Source: Chiloscyllium plagiosum
Lineage: Eukaryota
DNA: 64,000 nt
Direction of reading: 5' to 3'
NCBI RefSeq assembly: GCF_004010195.1
Contig: NC_057710.1
Location: 23,330,779 to 23,394,778, forward strand
Shown here piece by piece: positions 1-12,429 of this stretch. Made by a program: the position numbers and the translations under genes. The notes below the pieces were generated by a model. The model worked only from the letters and a program-made list of their open reading frames with translations, did not search any database and was not told the DNA's origin. Each line of letters begins with the position of its first letter. Position 1 is the stretch's first letter.

Positions 1-444
1 AGTCAGTGCAGTTGGAGTTTGTGGTGTATGAACAGGAATTAAAACTGACTGAAATGGTATATGATTAGACTCTAACTAAAATTTCCCCTCTGATATCTAA
101 AATTGATAACCAAGGATAGGTAGCTGTTTATAAGCCAACATTGTAAGCATTGTACCAACAAAAGAGGGATTTGGATAAAATGTTAGAGAGGTAGCAGAAT
201 GTAAATGAAAAGTATCAAGACATGATCATCCACCCCTGTTTTCTAAAACCAAATCTTATGAAAAATAAGCTGACCACCTGGACCATGATTACTGCTTTAC
301 CGAAAGAAAAAATGCTATAGCCTGTGTACTTTTGCTAACATACACTAAGTAACAATGGTTTTTGTTTTGAATTGGAGACTGGTGATTTGCACAGAGATGA
401 ATCATTGGATAAATTGTTTCAGATATAAAATTTATAAAACACGG

Positions 445-1035
445 AAACGTAAAAACACAGAAGACAAGAGCAGGAGTAGGCAATCTGACCCCCTCGAGCA
501 TGCTCTGCTCTTCAATATGATCATAGCTGATCATCGAGTTCAATACACTATCCCCCTACTAATCCCCTGATCCCTTTAACCACAAGAACTATATCTACCT
601 CCTTCCTGCAAATATATACTTTGGCCTCAACCATTCTCTATGGTAGTGAATTCACTGACTCACACCACTCTGAAATATTCTCCTCATCCCAAACCTTAAA
701 CTATGACCCCTGGTTCTGGGTTCCCCCACCATTGGGAGCATCATTCCTGCATCTAATCTGTCCATTCCTATTAGAATTGTATACGTTTCTATGAATACAG
801 TCCGAGCCAACTCAATTTCTCTCATAAGTCAGTGCTGCCATCCCAGGAAAAAATTTAGAAAACCTTTGCTGCATTCCCTCTTTAGTATGAACATGTTTCC
901 TCAGATAAGGAGGCCAAAACTGCACACATTATTGCAGGTATGGCCTCACCAATAAAACATCCTTGTTCTTGTACTCAAAATTTCTCATTATGAAGGCTAA
1001 CATGTAATTTTCCTTCTTTACTGTCTGCTTAATTT
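445..1035 (-). mobile_element. CR1-clade LINE 3' fragment
   Basis: Reverse-oriented CR1 ORF2 C-terminus and 3' UTR, similar to other copies in the window. Confidence 0.75.
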
Positions 1036-2401
1036 TTGCTGCTGGTACTTATCAAAAAAAATATTTACCAAATACTTATGCTTCGTCAGATTTGAACAGT
1101 TTTAGAAAGATTGAAGGTAATGCCATAGAAGAGCACATAATGGACTTCAGAAGATTGCACCCATGACTGCAGAACTTCTGGCTGGAAATTCCTCAGTCAC
1201 TTATTAGATTGCAGCAACGGATAACATTTTCACAGATTTCCAGTTTTGATTGGAGATAAATTTGCAGAAAGACACAAACTGATGCCAAACATATCAGAAG
1301 CACTATAAGAAAACTTTTGGGAAACACATCATTCCAGCAGTGTTCATAATGTAAATTAGGCAGGCAGCCATCCAATAGAAACCAGAGCAGACATTACTGA
1401 AATAACGAGATCATTTAGATATGGGTCACAGGAGACAATGTGAAAGAAGATTTAACAATGAGAAATAAGCATTGAATTTTTTTTTGCAATTTTGAGAAGT
1501 GAAAAGAATCTGTTATCTTACAATAAAAGTCTGAACCTCAGAAATGGTAAATCAAAGTTTTAGGTGTGATTCCATGTCCAACTACATCATCAACTGTTCC
1601 AATGGTACATTAGAGGTTTCTACACTAAATATGAGAAAGAAGATCATGATATGTATCAGAGAAGGGGCATTATATTGGTCTTCAGTTTCAGGCCAGCAAT
1701 AAAGGTGTTAGTGGCAGAATCTTTGCATTGGATTAGAACTATTATGTGCAGAGTAGACCTGGCTAAAATGCTACCGAAACCTTCTGAGTTATAATGATTG
1801 AAATAAATTTAAGGAATCCGAGAGTTCTGAAGAAGGGTTACTGGACTCGAGATATTAACTCTCTCTCTCTCCACAGATGCTTACAGATCTGCTGAGTTTC
1901 TCCAGCAATTTCTATTTTTGTTTCATCTTATCAAAATTGAGCTATCTTTAAGTTAAAACAGACCTTGATATGTTTTACCGGCATCGTAGTGGCAACTTGC
2001 AGGCATCTTTATGATGCATGTTGATAACATTTGGTAATTGAGAACAAGGAATTTGAAAACATTGTCACATTGCCACAAAAGGTTTTAAAGCAAATTCAAA
2101 ATTGGAAGTCAGTCATGCTTAAGCAAATTTTAAGTACATTGGATTGGAAATCCGGCAAAATGGGTCAAATGTCACTTTGCATCAGGAATTTAGAAAGTAG
2201 AAATTTTGAAACAAATCTCCAAATTGAAATGGTGTGGACACAGCAGTCAGCAGTCTAATTGCCTTACAAAGAAAAGAATGAGCTCAAAGAAAGTACTAGA
2301 AATACTGAAAAAATTATATTTGGAACTTTGATGTTCACTATCAAAAAAGGAAGAATGTAGAATGTTTCATTCTGCACAATTTTCATATGTCAGGTATAGA
2401 T

Positions 2402-2720
2402 GGTAGGGGACAGTGAGGTCTGCAGATGCTGGAGATCAGAGTTGAGAGTGTGTTGCTGGAAAAGCACAACAGGTCAGGCAGCATCCAAGGAGCAGGAAAA
2501 TCAACGTTTTGGGTGGAAGCCCTTCATCAGGAATGAGGCTGGGAGCCTCAGGGGTGGAGAGATAAGTGGGAGGGGGGTGGGGCTGGGGAGAAGGTAGCTG
2601 AGAGTGCAATAGGTGGATGGAGGTGGGGGTAAAGGTGATAGGTCAGAGCGGAGGGTGGAGCAGATAGGTCAGAAGGAAGATTGACAGGTGGCACAGGTCA
2701 TGAGGACAGGTCATAAGTGT
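2402..2720 (-). mobile_element. Penelope-like element 3' terminus
   Basis: ctgcagatgctggagatcagag...cccttcatcagg module shared with 18220, 22300, 25580 and 47520. Confidence 0.7.
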
Positions 2721-4664
2721 CATGGATAGGGTAAACCCATACACGCATGACCCTCTGTTTGAAAAAGTTGCCCTTTAGGTCCTTTTTATTTTTTCCCCTC
2801 TCATCTTAAACCCTCTAGTTCTGGAATCTCCCACCCCAGGGAAAAGATCATATCCCAGCCCCTCATGATTTTATAAACCTCTATAAGGTCACCCCTCAGC
2901 CTCTCATTGAAGGATCAAATTGTTGAGGGAGTCATTCATATCCTCCTTGCTTGGTCCCAATGTTTCAGATGAGGCCAAATCACCCACACCAGTAAGGCAC
3001 GTTGCATAGAGATATTCAAGTGAAGCTAGAGAGGTATGTGAACCAGAAAGGAAAGAGATGACAAGTTGATTGGATTGAATGAAATATACTGGATACAGTC
3101 TCATTTGGAGTATCAGCCCTAAACTAGATGTTATTATTCATTCATGGGATGTGAGTATGACTGGCAAGCCCATGCATTTATTGCCTCTCCCTAAAAATGA
3201 ATCAAATAGCCTGACTTGTCTGCAAATTCTATTTAATTCTATGAAATAACGTATCAACAAAAAATGTATCTTCTCATCAAACCACATCATTATCAGCAAA
3301 GAATTGGGGTTGTGAAACACTGAAACCAACATGTAAAGCTTCAAAACCTGAACAGCTTAGGAGACTGAAAAGGTAGATTGAGGAGCAGTGATAAAAAAAA
3401 GGAAGAAAACAAAAAAGATAAAGTTACTGCTTTAAGATGCAATTCAGCAAACCCCACCAAAGAGTAACACAAAGTGTTAGGATGACTTCATGCAAATCTC
3501 CCCAACCTCAAACCAACACTCAGACTGTAATGCAATATCACTGGAGCTCAGAATGCTTTTCAGTAACACTTACAGAAATACTCAACGATCTTAGAAATGG
3601 TGTAGGTCGAACAAAGCTACTCTAAGAGTATCTCACTCCATTTTCATTATTTAGTTGCAACCATAACCTGAAAGATCCAAATCAACCTACACACAGAATG
3701 AAAACAGCGTAAACAATTTGTAAGACCAAACAAAAATACTGAAAAAAAGGTCCACTTTATTTAAAGTTCCATGTCTCTTTATTTTTGTGTCGTTAAAAAC
3801 TGTTGACAGCAATCAGAAGGAACATACTCTGGCCCCCATCAATTTATTTCATATTTTAGTATTTGAACAAGTAAAACTTACACATCCTTAAGATGCTATA
3901 AGTTCTCCTTGACCCAAGACACTCTGATTAGACCTTGGGATATCAACATTACTCTTGACAATATGGAATTTTAACCAAGTATATTCCACAAATGACACCC
4001 CCCAAGACTTTGGTTGGACATCAACTACTCCCTAAATTTTCAGCCATCTCTGTCTATGCACTTTAGTATTTTCAAGTTATTTTCTTCTGGCCCCTTTCTT
4101 AAAAGAATTAAGCAGCATGAAAAATTGTACTTATATTCACTTAGCAATGATCCTAACCTCAGAATGTCCAAAAGTGCTTTGAAATTTAAGAAATAAAAAG
4201 ACTGGTGGGTGTTCTTAAGCTGCAGGGTAGTACATCTCAGGCAAGGGGCAGAGGTGAGAAGCCAGGACATTCATAGTGACCTCAGCTGGGATAGGAATTG
4301 AATCTATGATATTGACTTTGTATTGTAGTTGCAAACCAGCCAGCCAACTGAGCTAACTAGAACCCACTCGTTCTGAAATGTAGTCACTATTGTATTTTCA
4401 GAATTCTGCAATGAATAACTCACCACTTGTTTACCTAGTGCATGTCTACTGACAATAAGGTGCAAGTCAGGAGTTTGGCAAGTCAAGTGTGTAATGGAAT
4501 ACTCCCCACTTGCCAGGATAAGTGCAGCCCCAACATCACTCAGGATGCTTGACACCATCCAGGACAAAGCAGTCCATCTGTTTGGCATCCTATCCACCCT
4601 TTTCAACATTCACTCCTTTCACCACTGACGTAAAGTTTGTTCTGCCTAGAAGGTGCACTGCAAT

Positions 4665-7380
4665 AGATCAACATATGCTCATTCAGCCCATCAGATCTGT
4701 TTCACCATCTACTGATCTGGCACTATTCAACTCCACCTTCCTGTCTTTTCCACATAAGTTATGATTCTCTTACCGATTAAAAAGCTATTTCAACCTTGAA
4801 TATATTAATCGATCTAGCCCATACATTGTTCTGGGATGAAGAGTTCCACAAATTCACTGCTCTCTGAGCGAAGAAATTCCTCCTCATTTCTGCCTTAAAT
4901 GGGTGCCCCTATATTCTGAGATTATGCCCTTTGTTTAGAGAATCTGCCACAGGGGAAACAGCCTTTTCACATACACCCTCTTAAGTTCCCTAAGAATTGG
5001 GAATGTTTCAATAAGGTCTCATTCTTTAAAGTTCCAATAGGTACAAGCCCAATCTACTCATCCTCTCCTCATAAGGCAGTCCATCCAAACCTGGGATCAG
5101 CCTAATCCTTCTTCTCTGAACTGCTTCTTTTCTTTGATAAGCAGTCCAAGACACTTCACAGTATTCCAGCTGCAGTCTGACTAGTGCCTTGTACAGTTAA
5201 AGCAAAATCTCTCTATTTTCATACACCATTTACTTTGAAATAAAGGCCAACAGACTTCCCTATTACCTGCTGAACCTGTATGTTAGCTTGTTTGTGATTT
5301 ACACATAAGGATTTCTGAAACTCTATGCTACTCTTTCTCAATTTAAATAATATTTAACATCTCGGTTCTTCTTGCCAAATTGCATAACCTTACATTTTCC
5401 CACATTGTATTCCATCTGCCAAGTTTTTTGCCCATTTGCTTGTCCGATCTATATCCCTTTGCTGAACTCTTCATGACATCCTTACCAGTTGTTTTATCGC
5501 CTATTTTTGTGTCATCCACAAATTTGTCTGTAAGCTATTTGCTGTCCTCATTCATGTCATTAGCATATATTGTAAATAATGTGTCCCCAGCACTGATTCC
5601 CGTGGCACTCCATTCATTACAGGTTGCCATCCTGAAAATGCCCCCTCATCTCAACCCACTGTCTTCTATTAGTTAGATAATCTCTATCTATTCTAATATA
5701 CTGCCACCAATGGCATCCTATCTTATTATTGTCTAATATGTGCTACCTTATCAAATGCTTTCTGGAAATCCAAATATATCACTGTCTCCCATTTATCCAT
5801 CCTGCTTGATGCCTCCCCAAAGAATTCTAATAAATTTATTAGATATGGTTTCCCCTTTGTGACGCCATTCTGATGCTGCTTGAATATATTATGTATTTCT
5901 AAATGTTCTGCTGTTACGTCCTTTATAATAGATTTTAATGTTTTCCAATAACGTGTTAAGCTAACTGGCCTATAGGGACATTTTTTTTCTCTTTCCCTTT
6001 TTATTTAAGGATGTCACTTTGGCAGTTTCCCAATCCTCTGGGATTTTTCCAGAGCCTAAGGATTGTTGGAAGATTACTACCAGCGTGACTACCATCTCTG
6101 CAGCTCTTACTTTTAATGTTCCAGGATATATCCCTTCAGTTCCAAAGCCTTTTTCTCTAGTGGAAGTTACTATATTTATTTCCACTCATCCTTTGTTTAT
6201 TTAACCTTTTTGAAATGCCGTTCATGTTTTTTATCATGATGCAAAGTATTTATTCAACTCCTCAGCCATTTCTTGTTCCCCATCCACAGCATCATTCTCT
6301 AAGGAACCAATTTTAACTCTGGCTTTTCTCTTCCTTTTTTATATGTTTAAAGGCGTTCTTCTGTCTGGTTGGAAGTTTAAGAACAATGTTTATCTCTTTC
6401 CTTTTTTTTGGTCTTCTTTGGTTGGTTATTAAAACTGTCCAGTCCTCTAGCCTTATTTCTAATCTCTGCCACATGGTATGCTTTTTCTTCCAATTTGTTG
6501 CTGTCCCCTTAACTTCCCTAGTTAATTATAGTTGTCTTAGCTTCTGAGAATCATTCTTCCTGACTGGGATATATTTTTGTTGCAAGCCATGAACGATTTC
6601 CCAAACATCTACTATTGTTCTTCAATGGTTGTTTGATGCTAAACTCTTTTCCCATTCCACCTAGCTCTGCCCTCGTAACTTTGTACTTACCCTTATTTAA
6701 GTTTAGCTCAGTTGTTTCTGACCTAAGTTTTCACACCTCAAACTGAGTACCAGATTTTATATTATGGTCACTGGTTCCTGAGGAATTTTTAACTCTAAGA
6801 TCACTTATTAACCTGCCCCATTACACATCATCAGACACAAAATCTTCTTGACTGTGGTTGAATCCACAACATATTGTTCGAGGAAATTGTCCTGAATGCA
6901 CTCTGTGTTCTGTACTTCCTCTTGGTTGCCTCTGCCAATCTGACTATCCCATTCTACGTGAAGATTAAAGTCACCCTTGATTAATACACTATTTTTATAA
7001 CATGCCGTTATAATCTCCTGATGGACTTATTATCTGTCCTACAGTATAACTACAGGTAAGGGGCTGATAGATTACTCCTACCTGTCTTTTCTTCCTTTCT
7101 TATTTCTCTCAGATTCTATATCTTCTGATCCAAAATCATTTCTTGGCATTGTACTTATTTCATCTCACACTAACCACCACCTTTTCCTTCCTATCTGTTC
7201 TTTAATTCATTTCTTCCTGAATATTTAATTATTAGTTTTGATCTCCTTGTAACCATATTTCTGTAATGTCTTCAAAATCATTGAAGACATTATGCCATTA
7301 TTCATTTATTTTGTTCCAAATACTATGCACATGCAAGTAAAGATCATTAATTTTGATGCAATTTACTGCTTTTTTTTGTA
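4665..7380 (-). mobile_element. Old CR1 LINE, large ORF2 fragment
   Basis: Minus-strand RT-like pieces (IFQQSLGSGKIPEDWETAKVTSL) with many stops; 3' end near 4665. Confidence 0.75.
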
Positions 7381-7384
7381 TACA

Positions 7385-7790
7385 ATCATAGAGTCATTTA
7401 GATACAAAGCACAGAAAAAGACCCTTTGGTCCAATTCATCTATGCTGACCAGATATCCTAAATCAATCTAATCCCATTTGCCAGCATTTGGTCCATATTC
7501 CTCTAAATCTTTCCTATTCATATACCCATTCAGATGCCTTTTAAATGCTGTAATTGTACCAGCCTCTACCTCATCCTCTGGCAGCTCATTCCATATATGC
7601 CCCTTTTAAATCTTTCCCCTCTCATCTTAAACCTCTGGTTTTGGGCCCACCCACCTTGGGGAAAAGACTTTGTTTATTTACCCTCTCTATGCCCCTCATG
7701 ATTTTATAAACCTCTATAAGGTCACCCCTCAGCCTCCAACACTCCAGGGAAGATAGCCCCAGCCTATTCAGCCTCTCCCTGTAGCTCAAC
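7385..7790 (-). mobile_element. CR1 (HER1-like) LINE 3' fragment
   Basis: LSYRERLNRLGLSSLECWRLRGDLIEVYKIMRG, plus tail repeat (tcatagagtca on the + strand). Confidence 0.85.
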
Positions 7791-9202
7791 TGTTTTACAT
7801 CTATCACTTCCTGCTTCAACTGAGTCCTAAGACTCTTCTTTAAAATCTGTGACCTCTACCACCTTTCAAGGATAAGGGCAAAAGATGAATGTGAAAGTCA
7901 TCACCAAATTGTTGTCCTCAAGCCACATACCTGCCTAACCAGGAATTATATCTTCATTCCTTCAATGTCACTGGGTCAAAAGTCTGAAGCTTCCTTTCTA
8001 ACAGCACACCGGGTGCCCTTATACCAAATCAACCTTAGCAAAGGCAGCTCTTGACCACTGTCTCCAGGGGCAACTAAGGATAGACAATAGATGCCAGTGA
8101 TGTCCAAGAACAAAGGAACAAAACATGGCAGCTAATTTATACATAGCAAACAGCAATGAGATAATGACCTGATTGTCAGTTTTGAGACACTGATTAAGGG
8201 TTAAATATTGGACAGGACTCGGGGAGATCTTAGTTATTTTCATTAAAATAATGATAAATGTTTTTTTTTGTTTCATCACAAAGGTTTCTCTAGTTAGACC
8301 TCACCTGAAACATCTCTGACAGGACAGCTCTCTCAGAATTGCACCAGAATGAGGAAGCATTTGCTGACTGTGTATTATCCAGGATCAACACTCAGTGGGA
8401 AAAGAACTTAGATGAGAATTCTACAGGTGCTTTCTAAGGCCCCCAAGATGGGCAGAAGAACCAGCAATCCTTTTAACTTTTTCATGGGATCTGTTTGTCA
8501 CCAGTTAGGTCAGCCTCTATGTCCAGTTCCTAGTAACCCAGGAGAAGGTGATGGGCCATGGTTTTACACCACTGCAGTCCTGGGGATGTAGGAACACCCA
8601 CACTGCTATTAGCTTTGGAGATCTGGAATACTGATAGAGACATTGAAAAAATATATTTCCAAGTCAAGGTGGTGAGTGGCTTCAAGAGGAACTTGCAGAT
8701 GGCAGTGTTCCCATTTAGCTGCTACCTTTGTCCTTCTAAATCATGGAGGTCGCAGGTTTGGAAGATGCATCAGAGGATCCTCAGTGAGTTACTGTAGTGT
8801 GCCTTGTAGATGGCACCGAGTGCTACCACTCTACATTAGTCCTGAAGGCAGTGAATATTGAAGGTGGTGGATTTGGTGCCAATGAATTAGCTGCTTTGTC
8901 CTGGATGCTGTCAAGCTTTTTAATTGTGGTTGGAGCTGCACATATCCAGGTAATGTGGGGGTGTTCCATCACACTCCTGACTTGTAAATGGTGGACAAGC
9001 TTTTGGAAATCAGAAAGTGTAGAATTCCTAGATTCTAAACGCTCTTAGTCCTGGTCATTTTCTGGTCAATGAGATTTCCTAGGATGCTGGCAGAGGTAGC
9101 TTCAGCAATGGTAATGCTATATATTTAAGCTTCCAGACTACTGAGAATAAGCCTGATTCCCATGAAATTGTAGCAGGTTTTCAGGCATCAGAAAGCCCAG
9201 GC

Positions 9203-9634
9203 TGTGATAAATTCATGGCTACCCTCTGAGTATGGCAACCTCTTTTTTCTGACATACTGACTGTGTGGTCTCAAGCAAGCCTGCTTGGTTAGGCTGCTTA
9301 GCCTCCTCCTGCTGCTCTCAGGAAACAGGGTGTAGCTGCGTGCCCTCACCTCTTCTAGCAAAGCCTCCAGGGAGGGCTTTCTCTGTGAAGGCTGATGCCC
9401 CGTGTAGTGATTGGAGTAAGGGCCAGGTGGACCTCATTAGTTATCACATCCTTGATTGGGGTTAGTAACCTAGGTCAATCAGGATACCCTGGATGACAGA
9501 TATAAACAGGGGATTCGGAGACTCTCCTCATTCTAGGGCAGACTCTGACCTGTCTGGTCAAAGCCCATCTGCTGTGAACATGTAAATAAAGGAGGCCTTG
9601 GTGTCGGGATGGTAGCCTCTGTGCAGTTATTTCA
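9203..9634 (+). mobile_element. Probable solo LTR
   Basis: TG...CA termini (tgtgata...tttca) and internal AATAAA near 9586; no clear TSD. Confidence 0.45.
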
Positions 9635-10306
9635 CACTCCCCTTACCCATAGTCTTCAGCAGCACTCTTACTGCAACCACAGGCAATTGACTCGCCTTGA
9701 AATTGTTGCTGCCAATTTGTCCTTATCCTGCCCATTGTTTCTAATCAGACGATAATCCCAAACGCAAATTTCATCATCAGACCCTTCTGGTAGGATTGAG
9801 CCAAAGATTAGAAACTCCTGAAATTTACCTATTCTTATCCTTTCCCATGTCTTCAATAATGGTGTCAATATTTGCTTCTATCTAGGTGTTATCCTCAATT
9901 TTCATATTTAAGTAAAATGTAGCTGTGCTATCTCCTCTCTCAGTTTCTTCAATGATGTTGGTTGTCATCTGAAAGCTGGTGACTTATCCATTCTCAATTT
10001 TACTGAATTTTTTTTATATGATACAGGCCATTTCTGTAGCTATCTTTAACAATGTTATACTTTCCTCCAGTGCATTAACCTTCTCACTGCCCTCATCATT
10101 TGTAAAACATAATACAAAGTACTTAATCCATCCCATTACCTTAACTCTATTGTCCATGATTACATTCTCATCTCTGAGTTGTCCTACTCTGTCTTTAACC
10201 AGAATCTTGCATTGCTAATATGCCTTTGGAAGCATTCAGTATTTCGAATGCAGTAGTACTTTGTTAGCTTTTTAATTACATTCTCTTTAGCGTCTAACCT
10301 CAGTTT

Positions 10307-10513
10307 TGATTTGGAGATGCCGGTGTTGGACTGGGGTGTACAAAATCAAAAATCACACAACACCAGGTTATAGTCCAACGGTGTAATTGGAAGCACTAGC
10401 TTTTGGAATGTTGCTCCTTCATCAGGTGATATCACCTGATGAAGGAGCGATGCTCCGAAAGCTAGTGCTTCCAATTACACCTGTTGGACTATAACCTGGT
10501 GTTGTGTGATTTT
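10307..10513. mobile_element. Fold-back short element (Penelope-terminus derived) with hammerhead ribozyme core
   Basis: Arms about 10348-10430 and 10431-10513 are inverted with no spacer; TSD taacctcagttt at 10295-10306 and 10514-10525. Confidence 0.8.
10433..10467 (+). ncRNA. Minimal type I hammerhead ribozyme motif
   Basis: cac-CTGATGA-a-ggagc(gat)gctcc-GAAA-gcta-gtg: stem I cac/gtg, stem II 5 bp, palindromic AGCT stem III, CUA cleavage triplet. Confidence 0.72.
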
Positions 10514-11449
10514 TAACCTCAGTTTGTCCACGTCGAACCAGATTGCTTTATTCCTCATGGCTTTAGTTTGAACTGTAAGTTATCATAATTATCCCTGCTA
10601 AATTTACAAATAATGAAACGTGCAAAGACTTTGTGCCTAAGGATATATTTTGCTGAGAATTCAATTTCAGAAACAAAGAACAGAAATTCATTCTTCAGTG
10701 TGCCTGATCACTGTAAACACAAGCTGACTTCCTGACACTCTGCCATGCCTGTCTTCTCCACCATGCATTGGCATTGTCAAAGTGAAAGAGTTCTCCTGGA
10801 GTTGTGACCAATATTTTTCCAGTGTGTTTTTTTTTAACATAAGATGTGGCCATGTTGGCTGGCTAGTATTTATTGCCCATCCCTAGTTGCCTTTGAAAAG
10901 GTGGTGGCCTTCTTGAACCGCTGCAATCCATCTGCTGTGGGTTGAGCCACAATGCCCTGAGGGAGGGAATGCCAGGATTTTGGCCCAGCGACAGTGAAGG
11001 AACGGTGTGATATTTCCAAGTCAAGGTGATTTGGAGGGGAACTTGCAGGTGGTCTTCCAATGTACTTGCTACTGTTGCCCTCATTCTTGTAAACTCCTAT
11101 AAATATAATCCCAACCGATTCAGTCTCCTTCAGTAAAATCTAGAGAGCTGGCCAAATGACTACTATGTAACCGCTGTTGATTGTTGTTAAAAACACCTGG
11201 TTCACTCATGTTCTTTCATGAAGGAAGTTTGCTGTCCTCACCCTGTTTGACCTACACGTGACTCCAGACTCCCAGCATTGGGGTTGACTCTTAACTGCCC
11301 TCTGGGCAATTAGGGATGGGCAATAAAATGCTGGCCTGGGAGGGAACTCTCACATCACCTGAATGATATCTTTTTAAGTGCACAATTAGCTGTCAGGTCT
11401 TAACTGTCCCGAGGTAATGAAAGGCGCTACATAAATGCAAGTTCTGTTT

Positions 11450-12350
11450 TTTCCCCCCCAAATCTTTAAAGAGTTCCCCGGTCACCTTCGATACTGTGAA
11501 GGCTTAAATGTTGTGACGGTCTGCCAGCCCACCAGTGGCTCTTTAACCCGCAGCGTTAAAGCCGGCCTGACTAACCGTTCTCGGTTCTAGAAAATATTTT
11601 TGTCGCTCGCTTCGAGGCGTTCACTTTTTACCCAAATTCCGAAGCTACCTCAAGAAGTTCCACCCACTTAGTGCTTTTTGTACCAGTTCGCCCACGCGGC
11701 TTGCAGCTCGGGAACAAGAAGCCGTTCAAAAACAACCGGAAAAGAAACCGTGAACAATTCCGATCAATTATACCGTGTATAAACCTTTCCATTGCCTGGA
11801 GCTTGACATGATCAGATGCTGTCAGAATTCGTAGTAACGCCTTTGGAGGTCATTTGTAATGGGAGTCTGGTATTAAAATGGAATGCTCTGCACAGTTAAC
11901 TGATATCTAACCCTGACTGATTAAACTGCTCTCCCGGGAGTTAAAGAGCAAAGTGTTCCCGAGGCTTATTCCAAAAACAAAAAATGAATTGGAGAATTGA
12001 GACGAGAACGCGCGTATTCCTAGGCAAGGGCAGAATTGGTGAGTCGGTGAATTGTGTAAGTGCATGTAGCCTTTTTCCCGTCCCTTTCCCAAAAGGACTC
12101 CAGAGAGCAATACAAACTCCACTCCCTTACCCCGTGGAAAACCATCTCCCCGCACACTCAGCCCAGCAAGTGCAGGGTGACGGCACTCCGGGTTTGAAAC
12201 AGTACAACGAATGAGAGCTGCTCTCCAGCTTTTCCACAATCATGGTCACGAAGCCTTGTGTTTGCCTCCTCCCCCTTCAATCACCGCCAGTCTGGTTGGT
12301 TCATCCTTGTTCAGAAATCGAACGGGTTCCTTAAAGGCTTTATTCTATCT
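11450..12350. promoter_or_regulatory. CpG-rich unique segment (possible enhancer or promoter)
   Basis: Many CpGs in non-repeat sequence, against CpG-depleted flanks (judged by eye). Confidence 0.4.
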
Positions 12351-12429
12351 CACTACAACAAAATGGCTTTGTGCAGGAGCTCTGGTGAAATGGCAAATCA
12401 GTATGCAGGGAAAGTATTGGAAAGATTTG

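Larger units (their letters stand above)
190..3130 (+). mobile_element. Decayed Ty1/Copia (GalEa-like) LTR retrotransposon gag-pol, interrupted by CR1 and Penelope-derived inserts
   Basis: Broken frames give Gag-like DHPPLFSKTKSYE (~224), TWTMITALPK and NSFRKIEGNAIEEHIMDFRRL (~1095-1158); zinc-knuckle remnant FRCDS...NC (~1560); RT GIFMMHVDN (2002-2028, decayed HVDD) and FKYIGLEIRQ (2129-). ggtagcagaa at 190 resembles a tRNA-Met PBS. Boundaries approximate. Confidence 0.7.

Noticed and set aside
1-2340. Endogenous viral element
   Set aside because: Gag, zinc-knuckle and HVD(D)/FKYIGLEI motifs fit a Copia retrotransposon better
10307-10513. CRISPR array, rho-independent terminator or pre-miRNA
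   Set aside because: Eukaryotic context, no repeat-spacer periodicity; dispersed TSD-flanked copies indicate a mobile element
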